Below, piece after piece: positions 21,389 through 31,106 of a stretch of 64,000 nt of DNA. The stretch is taken from the IMG/VR virus record IMGVR_UViG_3300037419_000842. One strand, 5' to 3'. The DNA is from a virus. A program made the translations under genes and the position numbers. How positions within the stretch are numbered: position 1 is the stretch's first letter; each line of letters opens with the position of its first letter. Below the pieces are notes generated by a model that saw only the letters and a program-made list of their open reading frames with translations, made no database searches and was not told where the DNA came from.

Positions 21389-21925
21389 TTAAGCTTCGTT
21401 TTTAACTACTTGAATAACAACGTACTTATTGATACGAGCGATAGAACCAGCTTGACCAATCAGAGTTGTCGTTCCAAGAACTTCAACGTCGATGATTTTA
21501 CCAACAAATTTCTCAGTAGTAGTGGATGTAGCTTCTTTCAGCTTCAGTCCAGCTTGAGCAACTACAAAGTTACCTTTTACAGCGTCAGTGCCCAACAGAG
21601 TCAGACCATCATAAGTAACAGAGAAAATGTCACCTCTTGCGATATCATAAACGCGAGCGGCTGTACCAGCAGGAATATAGAAATTCTCAAGAGCACCAGC
21701 CTTAGTCGTTGTTTGATCATAAATGATCTCAGGCGAAGCTACGAGATACAGAGAACCATCACCAGCGGAAGGAACAGTTACGTTGAACAAGTCACGTTGA
21801 CCAGTTACGTTTGTACCAATTTTAACTACATTACCATTGTCCATGTCAGCAGAGTGAACAACGTCATAAAGGTGTCCTACATAAGCGCTACGAACTTTGT
21901 CAAGTCTTACAATTGCATGTGCCAT
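21389..21925 (-). CDS. Head decoration/capsid-associated protein (YonC-like)
   Basis: 178 aa between scaffold and capsid genes. Confidence 0.55.
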   Translation of the reverse strand: MAHAIVRLDKVRSAYVGHLYDVVHSADMDNGNVVKIGTNVTGQRDLFNVTVPSAGDGSLYLVASPEIIYDQTTTKAGALENFYIPAGTAARVYDIARGDIFSVTYDGLTLLGTDAVKGNFVVAQAGLKLKEATSTTTEKFVGKIIDVEVLGTTTLIGQAGSIARINKYVVIQVVKNEA

Positions 21926-21979
21926 TTATTAAAACCTCCTATAAAAATATATAATTTATTATTTTATTTATGAAAAAGC

Positions 21980-23320
21980 TTATTTATTGTGCTTTTCCAA
22001 AATATGCGAATAATCAGCGAAATCTTTTTCTTCCTTCTTGCCGAAGACAACCTTAACTGCTGGCTTCTTGCTAAATGTAGCAGTCTTCTTACCAACAATA
22101 GAGAACAATTCTTTTTCAATATCTTCAATAGACAGCGAAGAAGATTTTTCTTTCACAGCACCAATTTCTTCTTCAGTCAATTGCTCAGAGAATCTTTCAA
22201 ACAACTCTGTTTCTTCTGCCTCTCTTTGAGCGGCAAGAGTGCTAGATTTAAACTCTCTCAATTCAGTAACTTCCTGAGTAAGCGCTTCCAAATTAGCATT
22301 AGCCGAATTCAAAACATCAAAATTATCAGAAAGTGTATTGAATTTTTCAAGAAGCTCATCATACTTACTAACCATTTCGTTATACTCTACTTCAGTATAA
22401 GTTTTTGGCTCTTCATCTTCATGTCCACTACATTCTGCTTGACCGCATTTTTCGCAAACATTAGAATGATTTGTTTGTGCAATTTCTTCTGCAATTTGAG
22501 AAATCTTAGCTTCAAGCTCTTCTTCTGTAGAATAATCTTCAAGCTTAAATTCTTTTTCTTGAAGAACCTCTTCTGTCAGAGAGAATTTAGCCAAAAGCTC
22601 GACCAGTTTTTCGTTCATGACTTCACCCTCCTTATTTTTATTTATATCATCACCATTAGGAGATTGATACTTAGAGAATACAACTTTAAATTCTTCCAGT
22701 TTTTCTTGTACTTCTTTTTGAAATGCTTCCATGTCAAATGCTGTAAAGTTTTTAACCTCTACACTTGCACTATTCATAGCTGGCATAACACCTTCTCCAA
22801 GAATACAAGCACCAAAGAATTTAAAATCTTCAAAGTGGAAAAGTCCTGATTCATCCCATTTGCCTTTGTAATCATCATGAAGTTCCATACTTTGACTCTT
22901 GATTCCATCACGATTCATGATTTCAATTGGTGTATTCCACTTTCTCCAAAGGATACCTTCGACAGTGAGATATGTTCTTTCGATACCATCATCACCAACT
23001 CTAGTTTCAAATTTGGCATTATTATCTTGTGGAATAGTACCAAAAGCCTGACCAAGATATTCGTACTCGACATTATCTTTTTCAATCGTAATTCTCATTC
23101 TATGATCTGAAAAATCAGGTTCGTCACGATTTACTTCTATGTACCCCAAAATAGGTGTATCAGCAAGAGATGGAATTGCTTTTTCTACTACTTCTTTGCT
23201 AAAATAACTTCCATTATAATTTTGTTCAAGATGCATGAGCCAAATTTTAACTCTCATAAACCTTGAATCATAATCATCTAATTTTTGAAAGATTACAGGG
23301 ATTTTAGTATTAACCTTCAT
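21980..23320 (-). CDS. Prohead protease/scaffold fusion (YonD-like)
   Basis: N-terminal QNYNGSYFSKE...TPILG, QSME, FFGACILG; acidic coiled-coil C-terminus. Confidence 0.75.
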   Translation of the reverse strand: MKVNTKIPVIFQKLDDYDSRFMRVKIWLMHLEQNYNGSYFSKEVVEKAIPSLADTPILGYIEVNRDEPDFSDHRMRITIEKDNVEYEYLGQAFGTIPQDNNAKFETRVGDDGIERTYLTVEGILWRKWNTPIEIMNRDGIKSQSMELHDDYKGKWDESGLFHFEDFKFFGACILGEGVMPAMNSASVEVKNFTAFDMEAFQKEVQEKLEEFKVVFSKYQSPNGDDINKNKEGEVMNEKLVELLAKFSLTEEVLQEKEFKLEDYSTEEELEAKISQIAEEIAQTNHSNVCEKCGQAECSGHEDEEPKTYTEVEYNEMVSKYDELLEKFNTLSDNFDVLNSANANLEALTQEVTELREFKSSTLAAQREAEETELFERFSEQLTEEEIGAVKEKSSSLSIEDIEKELFSIVGKKTATFSKKPAVKVVFGKKEEKDFADYSHILEKHNK

Positions 23321-23455
23321 CTTATCGTTCTCACTCCTTTCTTAAATTAATTAAGGTTATAATTAATTTTTAATTGTTTAAAAATAGAAAACAAAAAGAA
23401 AGGAAGTGGATGAATGTCAATAAAATAAAGACTACCACCCTTATCCTTTCTCATT

Positions 23456-23484
23456 ATTATACCATTATATATTACATATGTCAA
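23456..23484 (-). promoter_or_regulatory. sigmaA-type promoter for the head operon
   Basis: TTGACA-17-TATAAT with TG extension. Confidence 0.7.
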
Positions 23485-23498
23485 TTAATGTAATAACC

Positions 23499-24983
23499 TT
23501 AATTATTATTGCCTTTATTACCATCCCTAGCTTTTAAGCCTTCATCGGAAACTTTATCGCCTTTACTTGGAGCACCAGCGCCATTTCCATCTGTTCCATC
23601 AGTCGTATGACTTGACTGAAGCGGGATAAGCTTCTCATTAAGTCCTAATATATCGTTCTCAAGAACTATCATATTAATCATTGAACTAGGAGAAAAACCC
23701 AAAGAAGCGGCGATAGCCATCTTAACTGGCATACCAAACTGTCCAGCTTGTAATATATCAGTAAAGAAATCATGTTGATTAAAGATTGAGATATCAAGAA
23801 TTCTAACCTTAAACATTGGAGTGCCAATAAGGTATTTAATCCTTCTGTTAATCCATCTTTCTACCTGTCTGATAACACCAAATGCCATGGCCTCATCTGT
23901 CTGAATTGATTTAGATAATCCAATGCTTGTAGTCTTATCAGCGTTGAACAGAAGTTGACTTACACCAGTCGTATTCCAGAAGTCTCGTTCTGCTTTGGCT
24001 ACGTTGTCAAAATCAGCCTGATCCTTTTCAAAGCTTACACTATCAGTTTCAAATGGTCCAGTAATGATTCCTACTTGATCAGGTAACACTTGAGCGGCTT
24101 TATTATGGAATGCCATAGCTGTTTCAAGATCAATAGCGAAGTCATTGTTGTTTTCACTGTCAAGTCTAACAGGAATCTTTTGAATTAGAATCTTATAGTT
24201 AGAAATTTCTTCTCTATCTTTTCTTAAAGCCTTGTAATCCTCAATGTCAAAGATTGACTCAAACGTACTAAAGAATGGTGGCATGATATAATCCAAATCC
24301 TCATTAATCTTAATGCAAATTGTCCTTTCAGGATCAAGCTCTTGCCACTTCATTTTAGATGGGTCTTTTCTAAATCTATTATACATCTTTTTAAACTCTG
24401 ACGGATACATGTCCAATTGCTCAGGATTAGTTGTAAAGTAGCTAAAATCAAATGCAAAATTGAAACAGCCATCTTCTTGACTTGAGATTTGACAAAACTC
24501 TGGATCAAGTTTTTGAATAAAATAGGAATTGTCAGACATATGTTCATATCCATAGAATACATCATCACGATAAGCAATATTGAGAACCTTCAGGAATTCA
24601 TGTCTAATATTCATTTTTTCAATAAAATCCAGAACACCTTTATATTGATTTTTAAACTTATTAACATTAATCTTTTCGAAGTCAACATTGTAAGGTTCTA
24701 CAATATAATACAATGGCATAAGTCTTGAGAAATAATTTACAAGTCTTTTGTAATGTGGACTCTTATTATAAAGAATCATGCTCAAGTCTCTAATCTGCTT
24801 TTCGTATCTTGATGGATTCTCTACGTATGTAGCAATATCATCTCTTGAATATTTTCTTAGAACTTTTGTATAGCTTTTTGTCGTTGTCAAATCTCTAATA
24901 ATAAGCTTGTTTAGAGTTGCATAATCAATGGCTACACTAGCTCTTTTAAACTCTTTATTAATTTCTTCACTCACTATATTCAC
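23499..24983 (-). CDS. Portal protein
   Basis: 494 aa downstream of the terminase; SPbeta YonE-like features. Confidence 0.8.
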   Translation of the reverse strand: MNIVSEEINKEFKRASVAIDYATLNKLIIRDLTTTKSYTKVLRKYSRDDIATYVENPSRYEKQIRDLSMILYNKSPHYKRLVNYFSRLMPLYYIVEPYNVDFEKINVNKFKNQYKGVLDFIEKMNIRHEFLKVLNIAYRDDVFYGYEHMSDNSYFIQKLDPEFCQISSQEDGCFNFAFDFSYFTTNPEQLDMYPSEFKKMYNRFRKDPSKMKWQELDPERTICIKINEDLDYIMPPFFSTFESIFDIEDYKALRKDREEISNYKILIQKIPVRLDSENNNDFAIDLETAMAFHNKAAQVLPDQVGIITGPFETDSVSFEKDQADFDNVAKAERDFWNTTGVSQLLFNADKTTSIGLSKSIQTDEAMAFGVIRQVERWINRRIKYLIGTPMFKVRILDISIFNQHDFFTDILQAGQFGMPVKMAIAASLGFSPSSMINMIVLENDILGLNEKLIPLQSSHTTDGTDGNGAGAPSKGDKVSDEGLKARDGNKGNNN

Positions 24984-24990
24984 CCCTCAA

Positions 24991-26730
24991 TTATCTTCCC
25001 AGCCTTGACTTAGGAGATTTGGCAAGGAAAAAGCTTGCCGCATTTATAGTTTCTCTTTTACGAATAGTATTCTTCATCTCTAAATTGTAAATATAGTAAA
25101 GTCCATATTCAAATGCAGAGAATTTATCCTTATTGATTGAACGTGATATTTGTTTAACCTGTGTTTGATTACCAGTTTGTTTGTGCTCAAGGTTCATAAT
25201 CTCTTCACACATCAAGTCAGCCATTGCAAAAGGCATAAGCATTTTAGCCACTTTTTCAGGGTCTGTATTAGCTTTAATTTCAGCCCTAGCCTGAGTTTCG
25301 CCATGAAGAATTTTGACTTTATGAGTAGAAATCATATTGACAAAAACGTTATGTATATTTGAAGCCCTATCTTCTTTAGTATTTGAACTTAATGCATAAA
25401 GAAGTGGAACACTATTTTCTGTTTTGTATTTGCTATATCTGTCATCATTGACAACAGAATAAGCTGGGTTTTCATCGCATTCCGTAACAAGTACGTCAAC
25501 CAAACCTTTACCAGCACCATTCGCATCCACTACAACCATAGATGCTTTAAAGTCATTTACTTTTTTCTTTATAAATATCCCTTGCTCAGTAAAGTGTGTT
25601 CCTTCAAAACTGTACATATTAACCATGTGTTTTTGGTAAGTTCCATCTCCACGTGGAATGATCTTAATAACTGCTAATGCACAATTTGCATTCTGAGAAC
25701 CTTCAGCACGTGCAACGTCATAGCTGAGAATGTATTCAATACCCTTTTCTCCGCTATGTTTCTCTTCTGCTTTAGTAAGCACTCTGCAAGCCAATAGATC
25801 ATCCAATTGAACAAGTGAATTATCGCTTGTACCAGTCCACACACTTTCATATTCCCTCGCAAATGCAAGAGGATTGAATGTAGGTTGCTCTTTTAGTTCA
25901 TTAATAAATCCAATATCCAATTGTCCATGCATACATGCTAGTTCATAACTTGCACCTAAGCAGAATGATTGTTTACCTTGAGTCATCTCTAGCAAGACTT
26001 CTCTCATCTTTTCAAAAGCAAAAGATTGACGAGTTCCACTAGTTGTGATATACCATTGGAACTTATGTATTTCATTGGGGTCAACCCTATTGTCGTTCTC
26101 ATCCTTATATTCACTTAATCTATCGTTAGCCATAAGAGGAATAACAACAGAGTGCAAAGTGTCCTTTTTCATTTTAGGGTCAACAATCTCTTCTATTGCT
26201 CCGCCATTTCTACGCCCTCCACGTTCAGCATCAGCAACTTGAACAACATCAAGTCTTGAGCCGTTGTGGAATGTAAGTTTGGTAAAGTCTTTCTGAAACT
26301 CTATCTTTGCAATTTCATCTTTAAGAATAGGATAAAAGTTCCAGATGTTTTCAATATTCTCTTTAGAAATCTTAGCCGCTTGTTCTTTATTTGGAGCACA
26401 AATAAATAAATGAGTGCCGGGATACATAATGCATTTCAAATAAAGAGCGAGAATTTGAGTAAATGATTTTGCAGTACCACGTGTAAATGTAAAGAAAACC
26501 TTCTTATACCTAAACAAGACTCTAAGCATTACTCTTTGATAGAAATAAAGATTGATTTTACAATCATCTGGTTTAATAAAGTCAATAAATCTATCAGGAT
26601 AAGCGCGCCAATAAGAACATGCTTTTCTCCAGTCTGGTTTAGTTTCGGCAAATGATCTAACATTTGCAATCTTTTTTGTAATGTCAATTGTTGGGGTCAT
26701 TTCTGTCTTAAAATTCTTATAAGATGCCAT
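24991..26730 (-). CDS. Terminase large subunit
   Basis: Walker A-like FTRGTAKS, Walker B-like AIEE, RNase H nuclease SYDVAR, VVDANG and KDKFSA. Confidence 0.9.
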   Translation of the reverse strand: MASYKNFKTEMTPTIDITKKIANVRSFAETKPDWRKACSYWRAYPDRFIDFIKPDDCKINLYFYQRVMLRVLFRYKKVFFTFTRGTAKSFTQILALYLKCIMYPGTHLFICAPNKEQAAKISKENIENIWNFYPILKDEIAKIEFQKDFTKLTFHNGSRLDVVQVADAERGGRRNGGAIEEIVDPKMKKDTLHSVVIPLMANDRLSEYKDENDNRVDPNEIHKFQWYITTSGTRQSFAFEKMREVLLEMTQGKQSFCLGASYELACMHGQLDIGFINELKEQPTFNPLAFAREYESVWTGTSDNSLVQLDDLLACRVLTKAEEKHSGEKGIEYILSYDVARAEGSQNANCALAVIKIIPRGDGTYQKHMVNMYSFEGTHFTEQGIFIKKKVNDFKASMVVVDANGAGKGLVDVLVTECDENPAYSVVNDDRYSKYKTENSVPLLYALSSNTKEDRASNIHNVFVNMISTHKVKILHGETQARAEIKANTDPEKVAKMLMPFAMADLMCEEIMNLEHKQTGNQTQVKQISRSINKDKFSAFEYGLYYIYNLEMKNTIRKRETINAASFFLAKSPKSRLGR

Positions 26731-27617
26731 TAAATATCACCTTCGTCAACTTGTGGAGTATCATCTGGAGGCACAATCATTTGCTCCATTTGAAGCAATT
26801 TTCTTGTATAATTCCCCAAATACATAATCGTTCTATCTACTATATCTTGATTAAATTCAATTGGATAAGGTTCGATAAAACCTTCACTCTCAATCTCTGC
26901 GAAGATTGTTGAAAAGTTTCTGATACCAGCAGATTCACTTCCAGACTTTTTGTCAATTGGTCTAAAACCAGAATTCTTCTTAACTTCTGTAAGTTGTCTA
27001 TTAAGCTTTTCAAAGTCTGTTGTATTATTATTTTCCAGTGCTCTATCAACAAGTACAGTCAATTTACAATACAATGATAAATCCTTTTTGTGTTGTGGAG
27101 TTTGAATATCATTTTTATCCATCATCTCAGTCCACAAATTTTCAAGCTCGTAATATTCTTTATTAGAATATCCCAATCCCCATTTGCGCTTAACGTCAAG
27201 ACTTGGAGTCCCATATAATTCGCTTTCTTCCATGTCTTCATAGTTAACAAATGGTTTTTCACTTCCTCCAACACTGTCGCTATACCCTCTGCCCTTGTAT
27301 TGTGGAAGCGAATTGATGCTACGCAAATACCAGCCAAAAGGCTCCTTGCCTGAAGTTACTGCCTTATTCCATTCAGAAACATTAAATGGTCTATCAATTT
27401 GCCTTAGTATCCTTTGCACTGCTTCCAATCCTTCTACCTCAATTTGTTCCTGAATGCATTCTTTACAAATTGGTGATTTTCCATCTGGAAACAAAGGACT
27501 CTCTGTTGCGTAAAATCTGATCAAAGACAACTCTCTGTCACAACCTACACAAACTTTTTTATCTTTTACTACTCGCTTAACCTTTTTTGCTCTTCCGCCT
27601 CCGGCGTTTCCAGCCAT
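26730..27617 (-). CDS. Putative terminase small subunit (YonG-like, N-terminal Zn finger)
   Basis: CVGC...CKEC; overlaps the start of the large terminase. Confidence 0.5.
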   Translation of the reverse strand: MAGNAGGGRAKKVKRVVKDKKVCVGCDRELSLIRFYATESPLFPDGKSPICKECIQEQIEVEGLEAVQRILRQIDRPFNVSEWNKAVTSGKEPFGWYLRSINSLPQYKGRGYSDSVGGSEKPFVNYEDMEESELYGTPSLDVKRKWGLGYSNKEYYELENLWTEMMDKNDIQTPQHKKDLSLYCKLTVLVDRALENNNTTDFEKLNRQLTEVKKNSGFRPIDKKSGSESAGIRNFSTIFAEIESEGFIEPYPIEFNQDIVDRTIMYLGNYTRKLLQMEQMIVPPDDTPQVDEGDI

Positions 27618-27656
27618 AATAATCTCTCCCTTGTTAAAAGAAACAAGGTAAGTAGA

Positions 27657-27869
27657 TTACCTTGTTTCTCCACTAAGATATTTCAATGCTTTGTTATTGA
27701 CCTCTATTTGTTCAGCCAATATTACTCTCATTCCATTCTTCTCGGCGCTATCATATAATTGCATAAGCGCTTCAAAAATTTCATCATTTGTGCGATCTCC
27801 TGTAATAAAATCAAATACATTTAAACACACAATTCTTGCATCTTGGAACTTATAATATTTATCTTCCAT
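27657..27869 (-). CDS. Hypothetical protein
   Basis: 70 aa with RBS; in operon. Confidence 0.6.
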   Translation of the reverse strand: MEDKYYKFQDARIVCLNVFDFITGDRTNDEIFEALMQLYDSAEKNGMRVILAEQIEVNNKALKYLSGETR

Positions 27870-27884
27870 TTATGCATTCCCCTT

Positions 27885-29153
27885 TTACACGATCTGTAAG
27901 GCCACTCTAAGAGGCAATATGTCTCCACCATCTGTTACTACCACCATCAACTGCGAAGCGTCCGTAGCACTGCTCAGAGACACGCTATAGTCCTCTCTGC
28001 CTGCCAGTGAACCCACTCCTATTGTCATGCGTCCTCTGTCTGACTCCTTCACATCATAGTTGTGTAAGTGTCCATAAATGAATACATCAAAGAAATCATT
28101 TTCCATCGAAATTTTTGATTTCATTCTATTCTGTTTATTTCCACCATCTAGATGACCATGGGCCAACTTAAACTTAACTCCATTTAACGTCTTATTGATT
28201 TCTGTTGCATCATCAGCGATATCAATATAAGTCAGTCTGCTTGCACCAGTTAATTCAATAAATGTCTTAATGTTAAAATTTACAACTGCATTTGCATTAT
28301 CATCTTCATATGCAATATTCTTATCTCCCTGAAATCTGTCATGATTCCCGGCGATACCAACATATTCAACATTAACGTACTCAGAAAGACTGACAAGAAA
28401 ATCAATTACAATCTTGGTTGCCTTATGAATTTGTTGTGCTAAGCCAAACTCTGTTGAAACCTTTTGTTTATAACGCATATTGACATGTTCAACAATATCT
28501 CCCAAACCTGTAACAGTTACTTCTGTAATGCCGAAACAATTGCAATACTCAAGAACTTTTTTCTTATATTCATTCATTCTCTTAATTGCAATCTCATAGT
28601 TGTAAGCGTTCTCATAAATATCTTCAATAAGTTTGCCTATATGCAAATCAGTAAGAACTACAATAGCCTTATTATTTGAAGTTTTAAGCCTTGGATTGAA
28701 AACATAATGAGGAATTGTAAAGTTAATATCATCAAGAAAAATTTCTCTAATCTCTTCTGTGATAACCTTAACAAGCGACAATTCTCTTTTGTGTTTATTA
28801 ATCTCGTTTAGAATTACTTGGTTTTCCCTTTTTTCAGCATAGATGTCACCGACGAGTTTATTGATTGAAGCAAGTCTTCCTTCCGCAACCATACTCTTGT
28901 GCAAATCCACAGGTACGAGTAATCCAACTTCTTTTTGATAATCTTTAATGAGACAGCGATACGCTTCATTTGTGTCAGAATCATAAAATCCTTCACTCTC
29001 CATTAGTTCTTTGTGTTTTGACCAATTACATTTACGAGAAGGTACTGAGTCTTGAAGTTCTATTTTTATTTTAATGGCACAATCAAGATGCTCTTTTGAA
29101 ACTTCAACAGTCATTCCGTCGCTATTTGTGTAGCTTCTTAGTTTATCAGTCAT
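27885..29153 (-). CDS. Calcineurin-like metallophosphoesterase (YonJ-like)
   Basis: Motifs DLH, GD, GNHD, HGH and GHLH. Confidence 0.85.
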   Translation of the reverse strand: MTDKLRSYTNSDGMTVEVSKEHLDCAIKIKIELQDSVPSRKCNWSKHKELMESEGFYDSDTNEAYRCLIKDYQKEVGLLVPVDLHKSMVAEGRLASINKLVGDIYAEKRENQVILNEINKHKRELSLVKVITEEIREIFLDDINFTIPHYVFNPRLKTSNNKAIVVLTDLHIGKLIEDIYENAYNYEIAIKRMNEYKKKVLEYCNCFGITEVTVTGLGDIVEHVNMRYKQKVSTEFGLAQQIHKATKIVIDFLVSLSEYVNVEYVGIAGNHDRFQGDKNIAYEDDNANAVVNFNIKTFIELTGASRLTYIDIADDATEINKTLNGVKFKLAHGHLDGGNKQNRMKSKISMENDFFDVFIYGHLHNYDVKESDRGRMTIGVGSLAGREDYSVSLSSATDASQLMVVVTDGGDILPLRVALQIV

Positions 29154-29166
29154 TCAGACCACACCC

Positions 29167-29385
29167 TTATTCTTCATCGCTTTCAATATCAGCTTCGTCA
29201 AGACTAGGAATCATTTGTTCCTCTTTAATAGTAATAGAAACCATCTTGCCTACAAAGTCTTCTTCCAGAAGTGTTTTCAGATCAAAGAATTCACTAGGAT
29301 CATCTTCACGTTTCCCAAATTCTTCAATAACCAATGTCTTGTGCAAATATCCTTTGAACGATGCAGAATTAACTCTTTTAGCCAT
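29167..29385 (-). CDS. yonK: YonK-family protein
   Basis: MAKRVNSASFKG...FDLK...GKMVSITIKEE resembles SPbeta YonK; adjacent to the YonJ-like gene. Confidence 0.65.
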   Translation of the reverse strand: MAKRVNSASFKGYLHKTLVIEEFGKREDDPSEFFDLKTLLEEDFVGKMVSITIKEEQMIPSLDEADIESDEE

Positions 29386-29457
29386 GTCGAATCATCCTTT
29401 TTCTCTTTTATTGTATTTTCTAACCTTTTCAGGTTAACATGCAAATCTAATAAATAT

Positions 29458-29486
29458 ATTATACCATTTTATATGTCATTTGTCAA
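29458..29486 (-). promoter_or_regulatory. sigmaA-type promoter for the yonK-terminase operon
   Basis: TTGACA-17-TATAAT with TG extension. Confidence 0.7.
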
Positions 29487-29583
29487 TAAATAGGAATTAC
29501 TAGTGATTTATTGTATATTTTAATTATGATAATAAAAAAGTGATGATATCATTAGATACCATCACTTTAATGATGTTTATTAT

Positions 29584-29660
29584 TGGTACGGAATGGTGGG
29601 ACTTGCACCACACTATCAACTGCGCCAGCCGCTGGGTTTACTACTTAACTCTACATTCCG
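29584..29660 (-). pseudogene. Degenerate tRNA-like element, isotype undetermined
   Basis: Acceptor CGGAATG/CATTCCG and 3' CCA present; anticodon and T arms imperfect. Confidence 0.5.
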
Positions 29661-29661
29661 A

Positions 29662-29739
29662 TGGTACAAGTGGCACGATTTGAACGTGCGATCTCTTGCT
29701 TCCAAGGCAAGCGAGAACTCCAAGCTTCTCCACACCTGT
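29662..29739 (-). tRNA. tRNA-Pro(UGG)
   Basis: Cloverleaf; anticodon arm CTTGC-CTTGGAA-GCAAG; GTTCAAAT T-loop; CCA. Confidence 0.9.
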
Positions 29740-29743
29740 ATAT

Positions 29744-29820
29744 TGGCATCCCCGATGTGATTCGAACACATGCATATAGGTGTAGAAGACCTATGCCTTA
29801 ATCCACTTGGCTACGGAGAT
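29744..29820 (-). tRNA. tRNA-Arg(UCU)
   Basis: Anticodon arm TAGGT-CTTCTAC-ACCTA; GTTCGAAT; CCA. Confidence 0.9.
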
Positions 29821-29829
29821 ATATATGAA

Positions 29830-29934
29830 AAGCGTAAGCAACACTTTGCCGGGAGGCTTTACCGTAGCTATTCGGTGTGTTGCGGGATTATGCACTGTAG
29901 TCAGCAGGACACCACTAACCCATGGTCAACGCTT
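29830..29934 (-). ncRNA. Candidate structured ncRNA embedded in the tRNA array
   Basis: Terminal stem AAGCGT/ACGCTT, three-way junction closed by GCAACAC/GTGTTGC, possible pseudoknot GGGTTA/TAATCC. Confidence 0.55.
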
Positions 29935-29946
29935 AACAAACTTTTT

Positions 29947-30026
29947 TGGTAGAAGGTGAGGGAATCCAACCCATCCTATGACATCGCATATAAGGCGACC
30001 GCGCTCAAGCAGAGTGCTAACCTTCC
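29947..30026 (-). tRNA. tRNA-Ile(UAU), atypical
   Basis: Anticodon arm GTCGC-CTTATAT-GCGAT; acceptor GGAAGGT/ACCTTCT; CCA; T-loop TTGGATT. Confidence 0.7.
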
Positions 30027-30035
30027 ATATTAGAA

Positions 30036-30278
30036 TTAAATATCTGTACCTTTACGATGACTCTTATAAAGATCACGATCAGCCGTAACTTGTTCTTGCG
30101 ATTTCAGCCCTTCGTAAACTTCAACGACTTTCCATCCATTATTCCAAGTACCATTAATCTTACGTTCAATATAAGAATCTTTGACAGCGTAATCTTGTGG
30201 AATAAAAATAGTGTCTACATATACTCCATTGTCAGATTTCTTTTCAAGTTTTACTTGCTGAAACATATTTGTTTTCAT
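30036..30278 (-). CDS. Hypothetical protein
   Basis: 80 aa with RBS GGAG. Confidence 0.65.
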   Translation of the reverse strand: MKTNMFQQVKLEKKSDNGVYVDTIFIPQDYAVKDSYIERKINGTWNNGWKVVEVYEGLKSQEQVTADRDLYKSHRKGTDI

Positions 30279-30293
30279 ATTGTTGATCTCCTT

Positions 30294-30578
30294 TTATTGT
30301 TTAATTATGGAAAACTTTTTACCATTATAATTACTCTCATCATGCTTCAAATCTCCACGAATTAATATTCCAACGTTCTGAGAAAATTCAAGATTAAACA
30401 AATTTCTTGTACGTTCAATTTGTGTTATCGTGTAATTATCATCATCATCAAACCAAATTGTATCATTGACAAACATTTGTTCATTGAATTCTCTAGGAAG
30501 TTGAATGAAAAATACATAACCTTTTCCTGTAATGTAAAATGTATCTGTAATTCTAAATTCAATCATATTAACGCTCAT
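30294..30578 (-). CDS. Hypothetical protein (start likely at 30578)
   Basis: ATGA overlap with the upstream Cys-rich ORF. Confidence 0.55.
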   Translation of the reverse strand: MSVNMIEFRITDTFYITGKGYVFFIQLPREFNEQMFVNDTIWFDDDDNYTITQIERTRNLFNLEFSQNVGILIRGDLKHDESNYNGKKFSIIKQ

Positions 30579-30718
30579 AACGCTGTTTCTGGACGATTTG
30601 AACAAAAGCTACAATCTTCATCTGTACATTTCTCATCAATCCACTCTCCACATTTAGAGCAATATTTAGCATCATATTCTTCATTGTATTTTGTAAACTT
30701 TCTAGGGCAATCACACAT
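30575..30718 (-). CDS. 47-aa Cys-rich (Zn-ribbon-like) protein MCDCPRKFTKYNEEYDAKYCSKCGEWIDEKCTDEDCSFCSNRPETAL
   Basis: Below the ORF-track cutoff; RBS GGAGG; seven Cys including CxxC pairs. Confidence 0.65.
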   Translation of the reverse strand: MCDCPRKFTKYNEEYDAKYCSKCGEWIDEKCTDEDCSFCSNRPETAL

Positions 30719-30750
30719 TGTGCATTCCTCCAGTTATTGTTGTATTTATA

Positions 30751-30826
30751 TTTGCCCTTCATTGGATTTGCACCAACTCTTCCTCAATCAAGTAGAGGCG
30801 TTCTAACTTTGCTAAACTATCGGGGC
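30751..30826 (-). pseudogene. Degenerate tRNA-Gln(UUG)-like element
   Basis: D arm GTTT/GAAC, anticodon loop ACTTGAT, T arm GTTGG-TGCAAAT-CCAAT; broken acceptor stem and no CCA. Confidence 0.5.
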
Positions 30827-30827
30827 A

Positions 30828-30902
30828 TGGCACTGGCGACACGGCTCGAACGTGTGATCTTCTCATTAACAGTGAGTTGCTGTACCACTCAGCTACACCA
30901 GT
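30828..30902 (-). tRNA. tRNA-Asn(GUU)
   Basis: Canonical cloverleaf; CTGTTAA loop; CCA. Confidence 0.9.
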
Positions 30903-30908
30903 AAATTT

Positions 30909-31001
30909 TGGAGGAAGCGACATGACTTGAACATGCACAGCGGGTACTAGCCGCCTTAAATAGTTTTCAAGACTATCTCCTTACCATTCGGACACGCTTC
31001 C
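30909..31001 (-). tRNA. tRNA-Ser(UGA)
   Basis: ATAGT-CTTGAAA-ACTAT; long variable arm; CCA. Confidence 0.9.
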
Positions 31002-31008
31002 ATATATT

Positions 31009-31098
31009 TGGCGGAAGGCAGAGGGGTCAAACCTCTGTGACCAGTTAAGGTCAGCCTTGGTTTAGCAAACCAGCACATTGTCGCTCTGTCAGCCTTCC
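31009..31098 (-). tRNA. tRNA-Ser(GCU)
   Basis: TGGT-TTGCTAA-ACCA; long variable arm; CCA. Confidence 0.85.
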
Positions 31099-31106
31099 AT
31101 TTATTA

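Noticed and set aside
24991-26730. Intron or intein in the terminase (or in recD2)
   Set aside because: Both ORFs are continuous, of normal length, and show no intein or LAGLIDADG motifs.
290-29437. Numerous plus-strand ORFs across the morphogenesis module (e.g. 290-619, 16309-16875, 20177-21379, 21989-22849)
   Set aside because: They are antisense shadows of well-supported minus-strand genes, lack RBSs and have unnatural composition.
30568-30762. 64-aa minus-strand ORF from the track
   Set aside because: Wrong frame. It overlaps the Gln-like tRNA element, and the RBS-supported Cys-rich frame (30575-30718) explains the region better.
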